A stretch of 64,000 nucleotides of DNA from sequence record DRR723986_1769. The stretch is one strand, 5' to 3'. Below the pieces are notes generated by a model that saw nothing but the letters and a program-made list of their open reading frames with translations, did no database searches and was not told where the DNA came from. Positions 1 to 9,675 of the stretch are shown here, piece after piece. Position 1 is the stretch's first letter, and every line of letters begins with the position of its first letter. The translations under genes were made by a program, and so were the position numbers.

Positions 1-343
1 GCCGGAAGATTACGTGCACCGCATTGGTCGCACGGGGCGCGCCGGCGCCGCCGGGCAAGCCGTTTCACTGGTGAGCGCCGACGAATTTGACCAACTCAGC
101 GACATTGAACGCCTGATCAAACAACTGCTGCGCCGCGAAGAAATTGAAGGCTTTGAGCCAAGCCACGTATTGCCGGAATCGCGCCTGAACGCGCGCCCCG
201 GGCGCAGCCGTAAGCCACAGCAAAACCGCAAACCCCGCCCGGAGCACCGGGACGGACAGCGCCCACCGCAAGCGAGACGGCGTCGACGCCGCCCCGCCGC
301 TGACGGCAACCGCAGTGCGCGGCCAGCAAATGGAAACCGCTAA
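1..343 (+). CDS. DEAD-box RNA helicase, C-terminal part (RhlE-like), truncated by window start
   Basis: [15 protein letters not shown] helicase motif VI followed by a basic, Arg-rich tail; stop at 341-343. Confidence 0.85.
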   Translation, partial: PEDYVHRIGRTGRAGAAGQAVSLVSADEFDQLSDIERLIKQLLRREEIEGFEPSHVLPESRLNARPGRSRKPQQNRKPRPEHRDGQRPPQARRRRRRPAADGNRSARPANGNR

Positions 344-1485
344 TCCCGACCGAGCGCGGCGCGGGTAGAGACGCCTGCCGCCGCTCGCTGCTTACTGCGG
401 CGCTTATGTCTGGCGCGGCGTCGTTTGGCGCGTCGCGTCAACCACAGATAGCCGCCGGTGAAAGCCAACAGTAGCGGCGCCAACCCCAGCACACTCCATA
501 TCACGCGACTGGTCAGCCCGGCGAAGTTACCAAAGTGCAGGCGCCGAAAGCTGTCCAATACCTTTGCCCCCACCCCAGCAGTTCGAATGTCGCTCGCCGC
601 TAATGCCTCCCCCGTATCGGCATTGAAACCGGCGCTGCTCGCGTATTCACTCAGCAGAGGATTTGCTGAGCCAACGTCACCCCAGAAACGGATCGCCCGA
701 CCGGGCTCCCAGGGCAGGGACACGTAGCGGGCCGTAAAGCCGGGCAACTGTGCCTGACTCCTGGCAAGCAAGGCATCCAGCGACAGGTCGCGACTGTACA
801 TCGGCCCTTCAACTATCGGATGCTCGTGGCCATCGGCATGCTCTTGGTATTCCTCGATACTGTGCGCGATATTCCAATAGCCTCCGGTAATACCGAGCAC
901 CAACAACACCGGCGATGCCAGCGCACCACTCAATTTGTGCAGGTCGCTGTAGTAGACGATGCGCCGACCGTGGCGACGCAAGGTGAACAGGTTTTTCCAA
1001 AACCTGCGATGCAGAATCAGGCCGCTAATGCCAAGCAGGCACAGCACGACCGCCACCACCGCACTAACGATAATGCCGGCATCGTCTAACAACAGGGTGT
1101 AGTGCAACTCCAGCAACCAGTCACTAAGGTAGTGATCGGTGGCCACCGCTGGCGCCAATATTTCACCGCGATAGGGGTCTACCAGGGTATACAGCCAGTC
1201 TCGGCTGCCGTGCGCAATCACATACACCTGATCGGCACGCTGTGGATCATCAAACAGCGTCCAGCCGACGATTTCATGATTCGGCAAACCTTGGTGCAGC
1301 ACCGTTTGCAATGCATCCAGAGACTGCCGCGGCCCGGCCACCTCAACCCGCACATTTTCGGGCATCAGCAGGCGATCAATTTCGTGCTTGAACACGAGGA
1401 CACTGCCGGTCGCACAGATAATGACCAAGGGTAGGCAAGCGGCCAGCGCCAACCAGCTGTGCCATTTGAACAGCCACTTATTCAT
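340..1485 (-). CDS. PepSY-associated TM helix domain protein (iron-regulated membrane protein)
   Basis: N-terminal WHSWLAL, LHY, DLHK and LHFG His-bearing TM motifs; directly downstream of a TonB receptor. Confidence 0.85.
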   Translation of the reverse strand: MNKWLFKWHSWLALAACLPLVIICATGSVLVFKHEIDRLLMPENVRVEVAGPRQSLDALQTVLHQGLPNHEIVGWTLFDDPQRADQVYVIAHGSRDWLYTLVDPYRGEILAPAVATDHYLSDWLLELHYTLLLDDAGIIVSAVVAVVLCLLGISGLILHRRFWKNLFTLRRHGRRIVYYSDLHKLSGALASPVLLVLGITGGYWNIAHSIEEYQEHADGHEHPIVEGPMYSRDLSLDALLARSQAQLPGFTARYVSLPWEPGRAIRFWGDVGSANPLLSEYASSAGFNADTGEALAASDIRTAGVGAKVLDSFRRLHFGNFAGLTSRVIWSVLGLAPLLLAFTGGYLWLTRRAKRRRARHKRRSKQRAAAGVSTRAALGRD

Positions 1486-1486
1486 G

Positions 1487-3571
1487 TCAGTAGTTCCAAC
1501 GCACCGTCAGCGACGCGTTGCGAGGCGCGGCATAGAACGCCTGGTCCCAATAGAGGCTGTTCAGGTATTTTTCATCACCGAGGTTATTGCCATTGATGGC
1601 GATGCTCAGCGTTTCATCATACTGGTAGCTGACAAAGGCATTCACAACGGAATACGCCTCCTGCTCCACACGCATTCCATCTTTGGTATCCCGGCGGGTA
1701 TCATCCTGCCATCGCACGGAACTACCCACCTTCCATTTCGACGCCCAGGGCAATTGATAGCTCAGCGCCGCAGCAAGAATACGCTTAGGCACAAAGCGCC
1801 GGGCAGTATCGCCCTCGTCATCCTCTATACGCAGTTGGGTAAGACTGACATTCGCCGACAGGCCCTCGGTGATCTGGCCGTAGACATCCAGTTCCAGGCC
1901 TTCGCTTTGATAGTCGCGACCAACATAGACGTTACGCCCCAGCGTTGTGTCAAAACCATCCGACTCGGCAACGTGCTGGTGTTTGGCTTGGAATAGCGCC
2001 ACGGCAACGGTTAGGCGCTGGTCAAAGAAGGCCGACTTCAAGCCCAGTTCCGTATTGCTCCCTTCGGCGGGGTCTAAACGGTCATCATTGCGATCCAGGT
2101 CGCGCTGGGGCATGAACGTTTCGGTATAGCTCAGGTAGGCACTGTGATTATCGGCATATTCATACACCACACCGCTGTAGGGCAGTATCTTGCCGCTGGC
2201 CCGCGTCGCCTTCGACTTCCCGTAACTGTCGCCCTTGCTGCGCCAGTCCAACACCCGGGCGCCACCAATAAAGCTTAACTGCTCGCTCAGTCGAATACGG
2301 CTCGCGGCGTAAGCCGCCTGCTGAACATCCTGCCAGTCGCTGCCGGTGCGGCCATCGACAAAATTCGGCGTCGGCGCGCGTCCCCGCCACTGCGAAAAAT
2401 CGCCTATCGCGGGGAAGCCATTGGTGTAGTCATACAGGGAAACATCTTCAATATTACTCTGCGCATAGTTAACGCCGAAAACAGCGTCGTGTTCACGCCC
2501 CCACAGCGTGTAACGCCCTTGCAAGTAGGCATCGAGCTGTTGGCGGCGATCATCCAGCGTGTATTCGCTGGCATACCCGATCATGCCAGACTCAGACGCC
2601 CGGTCCGGCAAGTTATACATATAAAACAGGTGGCTATCGCTATCGGTGTCGTCGTATTGATACACCGCTTTAAACTGCCAGTCTTCAGCAACCGGCACCG
2701 ACCATTCGACAAAGGCACTGCGGTTGCGATTATCCCAATACGCCCAATCTGCCGAGGTACTTGTCGACACTTCGTAGTCTGTCTGGCTGCCATCGCTGTA
2801 GTTCATCGGCAGCGCTCCCCAAAGTGGATTGTCTGCCTGGCGGTCTTCAATGGTGAGCCCAGCGGTTAAGCGACCGGCACTGGCGAGGTCCTGTTCAATC
2901 ACCCCGTAGATAACGCGATTGTAGGTTTCGTAACGATCTAAATGCGACTCGCCTTTTTCAATAGCCGCCACTAAACGGCCGCGGGTGCCTGCGGCGAGCG
3001 TGCCACCAGCATCCACCTCTAAACGCCGTGTGTTCCATGAACCCAGCGTCGCGGCCACCGAGAGCGCGAGGTCATCACTGGGGCGCTTGCGAATTAAGTT
3101 GATCGTTGCCGAAGGATTACCGGCCCCCGACATCAAGCCATTGGCACCGCGCAGCACGTCGATACGTTCGAAGAGCGCCGAGTCGACACTGCCATACACA
3201 CTACCCGAGCTGAGCGGCAAGCCGATGCCGTCGCGCTGAAAATTGGTGATATCGAAGCCGCGAGCCGTGTAGTAGGTACGATCGGTCTCGATACTTTGTA
3301 CCTGAACCGTCGCCTGATTGGCCAGCGCGTCATTGAGGTTGTGCAGAGCGAAATCATCGAGTTGCGAACGGCTGATCGCACTTAGCGATTGGGGGGTTTC
3401 CAATACCGACAACCCCAGGCGGGTAGCCGTTTCGCCATCACTAAGGCCGTACTGCGCGGCATCGCGCTGGCCGTATACCTCGACGGTTTCCAAGTGGTCA
3501 TTGGCAAAAATAGGGGGGCTAAAAATAAGGCTCAGGGCCAGTGGCCCGGTGTAAATCCGCCAAGACGACAT
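1487..3571 (-). CDS. TonB-dependent siderophore receptor (FhuE/FpvA-like)
   Basis: Signal peptide, ETPQS plug motif, RIDVLRGANGL, NNLGDEKY, terminal aromatic residue; Fur box upstream. Confidence 0.9.
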   Translation of the reverse strand: MSSWRIYTGPLALSLIFSPPIFANDHLETVEVYGQRDAAQYGLSDGETATRLGLSVLETPQSLSAISRSQLDDFALHNLNDALANQATVQVQSIETDRTYYTARGFDITNFQRDGIGLPLSSGSVYGSVDSALFERIDVLRGANGLMSGAGNPSATINLIRKRPSDDLALSVAATLGSWNTRRLEVDAGGTLAAGTRGRLVAAIEKGESHLDRYETYNRVIYGVIEQDLASAGRLTAGLTIEDRQADNPLWGALPMNYSDGSQTDYEVSTSTSADWAYWDNRNRSAFVEWSVPVAEDWQFKAVYQYDDTDSDSHLFYMYNLPDRASESGMIGYASEYTLDDRRQQLDAYLQGRYTLWGREHDAVFGVNYAQSNIEDVSLYDYTNGFPAIGDFSQWRGRAPTPNFVDGRTGSDWQDVQQAAYAASRIRLSEQLSFIGGARVLDWRSKGDSYGKSKATRASGKILPYSGVVYEYADNHSAYLSYTETFMPQRDLDRNDDRLDPAEGSNTELGLKSAFFDQRLTVAVALFQAKHQHVAESDGFDTTLGRNVYVGRDYQSEGLELDVYGQITEGLSANVSLTQLRIEDDEGDTARRFVPKRILAAALSYQLPWASKWKVGSSVRWQDDTRRDTKDGMRVEQEAYSVVNAFVSYQYDETLSIAINGNNLGDEKYLNSLYWDQAFYAAPRNASLTVRWNY

Positions 3572-3614
3572 ACTGCACGCTCCATGATCTAACGAAAGAG
3601 CGCAGCATGCTATT

Positions 3615-3633
3615 GCAAATGATATTGATTATC
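3615..3633. promoter_or_regulatory. Fur box
   Basis: GCAAATGATATTGATTATC matches the consensus GATAATGATAATCATTATC at 15/19 positions; lies about 45 bp upstream of the receptor start. Confidence 0.8.
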
Positions 3634-3640
3634 AACTCTA

Positions 3641-4687
3641 TTATTGATTGCGACCGTCTTCCTCCAACCAGCGCTTGCGTCGCACCTGGGCGCGCAGCAG
3701 GCTAACCACCTCATCAAGCGCGGGGCCGAAATCTCGCGGTCTGGCGCGGCGCTCATCGACGAGGTCATCGATAACACTGCGCACCAAGCTCTCCAGTAGT
3801 TCTCCACCCAGTGCCGCGTTGTTGTCGCCGTAGCCAAATAACTCATCAATGGTGTCGCAACTGGCGCTGACCAGAATACTCTCCAGTGCCTCGATAATGG
3901 CATCGCCGACGCCCGGCAACCGATCCAGGCGCTGCGCCGCCGCATTGTGCGCAAGAGTGCGCTGCACAAGTTCGGTAACGTAACGATGAATATCCTGGCG
4001 GCGCTGCCCGTAGACGGTATTTGCCGTTGTACCGATGCGCTCGGCCAGCGCCGATGACAACGGCTCCCGACGCGGCGCAATGACCTTCTGCAAAATTTGG
4101 TCAGGTAGCTCCGACGCACCACTGCGCAGTTCAGACTGAACGCCGGAGAGCACATTGTCGACAATGCGGTCCGAGAGCTCTTCAATCAAAATGCGGTAGT
4201 AACGCATCACGATGCCGTAGGCGGGCCACTGCTGAACATGGATCAGGCCCAAACGCTGCAGGCGGAACAATATCGAAAACACCCGCAAAATTCTCAGCCA
4301 GCGAAAGCCCGCCAGGGGTATGCAACCCAGCACGTCATACCAGTGAACGAAGGGATAAAACCACCAGCGCTCATAGCGGCGCTCCCACGCTGCCAAGCCC
4401 CAGCCCAAAACGACGTCGAAGACAAACACCGCCACAAAAAGTAAGTCGATAGCCTGGAAATTTGCATGCACCTGATCGGTATAGCGCTGATGAAAAGCAG
4501 GCAACACCTCAGCTAAAAACTGGTTAAACGGTGCGAAAATAAACAGGCTATCGAAGACGATAAGCAGCAGGTTGGCCGACACTAACAATATCACCAACAG
4601 ATCCCACAACAGCAGCAACTGCTCTTCCAAGCGGCTACTCTGTTGGCGGCTGTGACGGCTCTTCGCGGATTCTTCTGGCTCACTCAT
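3641..4687 (-). CDS. Ion_trans-like membrane protein with a voltage-sensor-like S1-S4 region and a helical C-terminal domain
   Basis: Four TM segments, the fourth FRWLRILRVFSILFRLQR with Arg at every third position; start taken at MSEPEE. Confidence 0.65.
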   Translation of the reverse strand: MSEPEESAKSRHSRQQSSRLEEQLLLLWDLLVILLVSANLLLIVFDSLFIFAPFNQFLAEVLPAFHQRYTDQVHANFQAIDLLFVAVFVFDVVLGWGLAAWERRYERWWFYPFVHWYDVLGCIPLAGFRWLRILRVFSILFRLQRLGLIHVQQWPAYGIVMRYYRILIEELSDRIVDNVLSGVQSELRSGASELPDQILQKVIAPRREPLSSALAERIGTTANTVYGQRRQDIHRYVTELVQRTLAHNAAAQRLDRLPGVGDAIIEALESILVSASCDTIDELFGYGDNNAALGGELLESLVRSVIDDLVDERRARPRDFGPALDEVVSLLRAQVRRKRWLEEDGRNQ

Positions 4688-4741
4688 CGCGGCATCCTTT
4701 TTGGCGAGATCAATACTGTGACCGACCAAGGCCGCCAGGAT

Positions 4742-5173
4742 TCAACCCGATTTGGCGGCGTGCTCTAGTTGGCTGCGCTGGCGAACCCGCTCAGCAGGAA
4801 TACTGAGCTGGGCGAGCAAATATTCTTTGAACTCCGGCGGGTAGTCCTGCCGATCCAGTGCGCGCTGCATGCACCACAGCCATTGGTCTCGCTCTTCTGA
4901 CCCGATTCGCAAATGCTTGTGGATATCGGGAATACTGATCGCACCGAAGTGCTCACGATACAGGCGCGGCCCGCCCAACCAGCCCGACAGAAAATAACTC
5001 AAGCGCTGGCGCGAAGAGGACAGGTCGTCAGGGTGCATGGCGCGGATTACCGCCGCATGGGGTTCGGTGTCCATAACGGCGTAAAAATCATCGACCAGCG
5101 CAGTAATGCCCGCCAGCTCCCCCGCCGCTCTGTAGGACGCATCGCCCTCGCCAAATGCCAATTTAAGACTCAC
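4742..5173 (-). CDS. Group II truncated hemoglobin
   Basis: LVDDFY, FLSGWLGGPRLY, proximal His (IHKHL), ERDQWLWCM. Confidence 0.85.
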   Translation of the reverse strand: MSLKLAFGEGDASYRAAGELAGITALVDDFYAVMDTEPHAAVIRAMHPDDLSSSRQRLSYFLSGWLGGPRLYREHFGAISIPDIHKHLRIGSEERDQWLWCMQRALDRQDYPPEFKEYLLAQLSIPAERVRQRSQLEHAAKSG

Positions 5174-5221
5174 ACTCGCCCCTCAATATCATCGCCGCCG
5201 CGCGCTCAGTCACCGTTATCG

Positions 5222-6403
5222 TCACAGTCGTTCTATGATGACAGCGGCGCCAATACCCGAGGCGCCGGTTGCAACGACCATCCCCAGGCGGCCATCGCGC
5301 TGTTCCAACGCATCCACCAAACACGACAATAGTACCGCACCGGTGGCGCCCATTGGGTGCCCTTTTGCCAGGTGGCCGCCAGCAATATTCACTTTACTGG
5401 GGTCAACGCGATAACGTTGCTCAAACAGCGCCGGCACAACGGCAAAGGCCTCCATCATCTCGATAACATCGATATCGTCCAGCGATAAACCCGCACGACT
5501 CAGCACCTGCTCCATCGCCGCAAAGCCGCCCGTCAGGGACTCCTCAGGACTGCCGCAGTGCTCTGACAGCGCAATGAAGCGGGCCCGCGGCGCGCTTTGC
5601 AACGGCAAATTCGCAGGGCCGATCAACGCCACCGCAGCACCATCCACCATGGGCGGCATATGCGCAAAACTGTGTCGCGCGTCCAATGCGCGGCCATGCA
5701 GCGTCTCAGCATAGGGCTTGGCAAAGTCGGCAAAGGCCGGTGGCATTGCCGCCAGGCTTTCAGCAGAAAGCTGTGCCTGAATCGCTTCGTCGCGATCTGC
5801 CAGCACACTGCCGTCGGCCGACGTCATCGCCACCAGCGACGCATTGAACGCCGCCTGTTGCTGCGCAGCCGCCGCTCGCTGGTGGGAGCGCAATGCCTGT
5901 GCATTGAGTTGTTCAACCGTCACATCAAACTGACTGGCCAACAGGTCAGCGGCCACCGGAACAGGAATGAATCGTCCCTTGCGCGGCAGACTAGCGTCAC
6001 TGTAATAGCTGGCGCGGTCGGCCATAAAAGGTACCTGGCTTAGATTCTCGACGCCGCCCGCCAGGCTCATATGACTCATGCCAGCCTGTACTGCCAGCAC
6101 CGCCTGGCTAATGGCCGTGAGACCCGATACGCAGTAGTTATTCAGCGTGTAAGCGGCTGCACTGTCGCTAAGCCCTGCGGCCATTTTGCTGACCAGGGCA
6201 ATATTGCCCCCCTGACTGGACACTTGACCGACACAGCCCAGCAGCAGCTGCTGAGCCGACTCTCGCACGCCCGGGTGACGCCCTTCCATGGCCGACAACA
6301 ACTGCCTAACCATCTCGTGCGGCGGCATCGTCGCCAAACTCCCCTGTTCGGCTTTGGCCTTGGCTCGCGGGCTGCGCAAACAGTCGTATAGGTACGCGTC
6401 CAT
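5222..6403 (-). CDS. Thiolase-family protein (atypical active site)
   Basis: NNYCVSG, GGVE, EAFA and GHPMGATG motifs; the C-terminal CxG motif is missing. Confidence 0.85.
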   Translation of the reverse strand: MDAYLYDCLRSPRAKAKAEQGSLATMPPHEMVRQLLSAMEGRHPGVRESAQQLLLGCVGQVSSQGGNIALVSKMAAGLSDSAAAYTLNNYCVSGLTAISQAVLAVQAGMSHMSLAGGVENLSQVPFMADRASYYSDASLPRKGRFIPVPVAADLLASQFDVTVEQLNAQALRSHQRAAAAQQQAAFNASLVAMTSADGSVLADRDEAIQAQLSAESLAAMPPAFADFAKPYAETLHGRALDARHSFAHMPPMVDGAAVALIGPANLPLQSAPRARFIALSEHCGSPEESLTGGFAAMEQVLSRAGLSLDDIDVIEMMEAFAVVPALFEQRYRVDPSKVNIAGGHLAKGHPMGATGAVLLSCLVDALEQRDGRLGMVVATGASGIGAAVIIERL

Positions 6404-6478
6404 TTCTGCTCCTTATTCCTCTCGGTTCACCGCTCACGGGCTGGCAGGAAAAAGGTATCACAATGCAAGTAATAAATC

Positions 6479-7216
6479 TTACGCAGGCAAACGAAGAAAG
6501 AAGACCGCTGCCATCACCAGCCCCACCACCACAATACCGCCACGTAACCACGACGCTGGAATACGATAGGCCAACGCGGCACCCGCATACCCGCCAACAA
6601 TAGCGGCCAGCGCCATCGGCAGGAACGACGCCCACGCCACCATGTCACCCGCCGCATACACCAACACCGCAATAGCAGTTAGCACCGCGGACAACACATT
6701 TTTCACCCCGTTCATGCTGTGCAGATTGCGCTGCCCGAGTAAGCCCAGGGCCGCCAACAAAATAATTCCCAAACCACCATTGAAATAGCCGCCATAGAGA
6801 CACACCACAAACACACTGCTAAGGGCCAGAGGTCGCCTAACCTCGCGGACGGAAGCCAGTAATGAAGGGGCCAGTGCGAACAGCATGGTTGCCAGCAGTA
6901 TCAACCAGGGCGCCAGGCGCGCGAACCACTGCGGGTCGCCGACCGTTAACAGCGCCGCGCCAAGGCTGCCACCCAGTAGGCTAATCCCTAACAGACGTGA
7001 CCAAGACAGGCCTGCAGGCGCATGAATATCGCGACGAAAGCGCCAGGCGCTCATGATATAGCCGGGCAGCAACGCCGCTGTACCCGTGGCATTCGCCATT
7101 ACCGGCGGCAATCCGGCAAACACCAGTGCCGGTAAGGTGACAAAACTGCCGCCGCCCGCCAGTGCATTCATCGCCCCACCAACAAATCCAGCGGTGACAA
7201 TTAGCAGTAGCTCCAC
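6479..7216 (-). CDS. TauE/SafE (TSUP) family membrane protein
   Basis: NALAGGG and YGGYFNGG motifs; about 8 TM helices. Confidence 0.85.
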   Translation of the reverse strand: MELLLIVTAGFVGGAMNALAGGGSFVTLPALVFAGLPPVMANATGTAALLPGYIMSAWRFRRDIHAPAGLSWSRLLGISLLGGSLGAALLTVGDPQWFARLAPWLILLATMLFALAPSLLASVREVRRPLALSSVFVVCLYGGYFNGGLGIILLAALGLLGQRNLHSMNGVKNVLSAVLTAIAVLVYAAGDMVAWASFLPMALAAIVGGYAGAALAYRIPASWLRGGIVVVGLVMAAVFFLRLPA

Positions 7217-7306
7217 GCAAAACCTCCCGTACCGCTCGGTGAAATCTGAAGATGCAAATCAGCCAGCGATCGGCGCCCGGTAATCGCGGCTGTAATACCC
7301 CGGCGG

Positions 7307-7702
7307 TTATTGACGACTCTGCGGCGCCCTACGCGAATAGACCACCAGCCAAGCGCCCAGGGTAAGATCCACCGCTGCGCAAAAGGCTGGCCACCAGATC
7401 GGTACACCGGAGTTGTCGATAAGGCCGTCGTGGAGGATATCGAATACGCCGTGCAACGCGATGCCAATGCCCACCCCCAGCGGCCAGTAAAACGCGGCAA
7501 GCAAGGCCGCTGCGGTAAACACCAGCGCAACAAGCGCCTCCTCAAAAACAGCTTGCCCAGCCATACAGGCAAACAAAAGGTAGTAACTGGCGATCACAAT
7601 TAACACGGTGGGGTAAAAGCTTCTATCCCGGTCAAACTGCATCCAGCGTGCAGATGCCGCAATCACCACCGCAAGCGCGACCCCCAGCATAATGGGCATC
7701 AT
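7307..7702 (-). CDS. Small membrane protein
   Basis: Hydrophobic ORF with HGVFD and WWPAFC motifs; co-oriented with neighbours. Confidence 0.65.
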   Translation of the reverse strand: MMPIMLGVALAVVIAASARWMQFDRDRSFYPTVLIVIASYYLLFACMAGQAVFEEALVALVFTAAALLAAFYWPLGVGIGIALHGVFDILHDGLIDNSGVPIWWPAFCAAVDLTLGAWLVVYSRRAPQSRQ

Positions 7703-7735
7703 GTTTTCTCTCCACAAGCACTAATCGCAGGCTAC

Positions 7736-8881
7736 TCAGTCATTGAAATACGCACTGTGATCAGCCTCGTAAAATAAGCGATCATTGGGACGGGGAATGG
7801 CCGAGGGCAAGCCCGAGCCACGCCGCGTCCGCGCAGCGGTGTACTTAAACCCGGGGCCGGAGGTTTTTTCGTCACACCACAAGCAGGCATTGAGCTTACC
7901 GGTTTTTTCATTCTCCAGCGGGCAGCCATTGGCCTGAAGGATGGCCCGCAAGGCTGGGTCGTCGCTTTCCACATCCGCGGGGCAGGCACTAAATTCGCCT
8001 TTCACCATGGTATTGAAAACGCCGCGCAACAGCGGCGATAACCAGGCATCGCGCCCGTAACTGCGCATACAGTCCAGAGCACATTCTGCGCCTGTATGAA
8101 TACCGTTGTACGCCCAGCTTTCCGCACACATTTCTGTGAAGCCCACTTCCTCGATAATGCACTGCTTAACGTCGTCCAGCTTGCTGAGCTGCCCTCGCCC
8201 CTTCTTGGTACAGGCGCGCACCGGTGTCGTTTGATCGGGAATGCCCATATATGCCGCTAGATCTTGTAGCGTCGAGCACGTGCCGCAGTGGTACTGATGC
8301 GTAATGGTCCAGCCCGCTTGTTTAGCTGCCTCGCCATTGGCGAAGGTTTTCAGCTCATAGCGCTGCTGCGCTGCATCGATAAACTTTACCGCACACACCT
8401 CCTGCGCCACAGCCTTGCCGTGACTCACGTCGCTGAACCACTGGCTGACGCGCTGTTGCTGGAAGTAATTGGGACGGCCATTTTCCAGCTCGTAGCCTTC
8501 CGCACTGTCGGTGTAATTCTCCGGGTTGTGAACCGTTTTGCCGTCGCGAACGACACTGCGCGGTTTGGGCAACGCTATCGAGACCTCCTCCGCGCGAGGA
8601 TAATAGGGATTGGCGCTGGCAAAGCCCTCGCCGCGATTCACATCACTCTGCAGGGCGAGCTGCTCAACGATATCAGCGTGATTCACCGCCCGGGTGTTAT
8701 AAAGGCGGATGACCAGCTCCCGCGTCTCGCTCTGACTTAGTGCCACCCCGGTATTCGGATTGCGGTAGTGAATATCGGCGTCGAGGATATTGTAGCGGCC
8801 AATATGGGTCTGCGGCGCAGGCTCTGCCACCGCAAACTCAGCAGCCACCAGCACGCCAAGGCAGAGAAGAAGGGCTTTCAT
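7736..8881 (-). CDS. Secreted Cys-rich hypothetical protein
   Basis: Signal peptide; CGTCS, CALDC and CLWCDE motifs. Confidence 0.75.
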   Translation of the reverse strand: MKALLLCLGVLVAAEFAVAEPAPQTHIGRYNILDADIHYRNPNTGVALSQSETRELVIRLYNTRAVNHADIVEQLALQSDVNRGEGFASANPYYPRAEEVSIALPKPRSVVRDGKTVHNPENYTDSAEGYELENGRPNYFQQQRVSQWFSDVSHGKAVAQEVCAVKFIDAAQQRYELKTFANGEAAKQAGWTITHQYHCGTCSTLQDLAAYMGIPDQTTPVRACTKKGRGQLSKLDDVKQCIIEEVGFTEMCAESWAYNGIHTGAECALDCMRSYGRDAWLSPLLRGVFNTMVKGEFSACPADVESDDPALRAILQANGCPLENEKTGKLNACLWCDEKTSGPGFKYTAARTRRGSGLPSAIPRPNDRLFYEADHSAYFND

Positions 8882-8911
8882 TCGCACAGTCTCTTGTCGA
8901 TAAAAGCGTGA

Positions 8912-9541
8912 TTAAAGCAGACGCTGCGCGCTGGCGCCCTCGTCTTTTTGGCGCTTGTGAGCGATCACATAGACATGGGATTGCGGGTGCTGATCGCGCT
9001 CGCAGTGGAGGATGGTCAGCCCCTCGCTCATTAGCACGCGGAGATTTTCCGAAATACCGATAGAGCTGTAGTGAAAATCGCGACCGTGCCACTGGTCGAT
9101 GTGGCTGCCCTCGGCGTCGCCGAAGCTGTATATCAGCACGCCGTTGTCATCAAGTAGTCGACACAGCTTTCTCAGTACTGGCTCGTGCTCCTTGAGCGGG
9201 AGGTGAAAAAGGCTGTCCCAGGCCAGAATCAGTGCGAAGCGCCGCTGACTCTGCCATTGGCAAATGTCGGCGCGACAGAACCCCAGCCCCGGGTGCGCCT
9301 GTTGCGCCAGACTCAACATCCCTGCCGAAACATCGATGCCCTCAGGCGTAAAGCCCGCTTGCTGAAGGGCGTCAATCATCCGCCCTCCCACGCCGCAACC
9401 GACATCCAGTGCGTCGCCCACAATCGGGCAATAACGTATCGCGCGTCGCAGGGCACTCAGTCCGTAGTCAGAATGCAGCATATCGCGCTGATAAAGCGGG
9501 GCAATGTAGTCGTAGGTTGCGCCAAGTTCCTGCGGCGTCAT
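8912..9541 (-). CDS. Class I SAM-dependent methyltransferase
   Basis: ALDVGCGVG motif I, GIDVSAGM. Confidence 0.85.
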   Translation of the reverse strand: MTPQELGATYDYIAPLYQRDMLHSDYGLSALRRAIRYCPIVGDALDVGCGVGGRMIDALQQAGFTPEGIDVSAGMLSLAQQAHPGLGFCRADICQWQSQRRFALILAWDSLFHLPLKEHEPVLRKLCRLLDDNGVLIYSFGDAEGSHIDQWHGRDFHYSSIGISENLRVLMSEGLTILHCERDQHPQSHVYVIAHKRQKDEGASAQRLL

Positions 9542-9675
9542 GGATTCGTCCTTGCTGTGGGCCGGTATCAACAGGCAGTGAAGCTCACCTTAACGTAGAG
9601 GCCCAGCATAAAATAAAGTTCCGCTTTAATATCTGCGCCACTTTGCAAAAATCCCATTCAGTCCGCTAACGCGCC

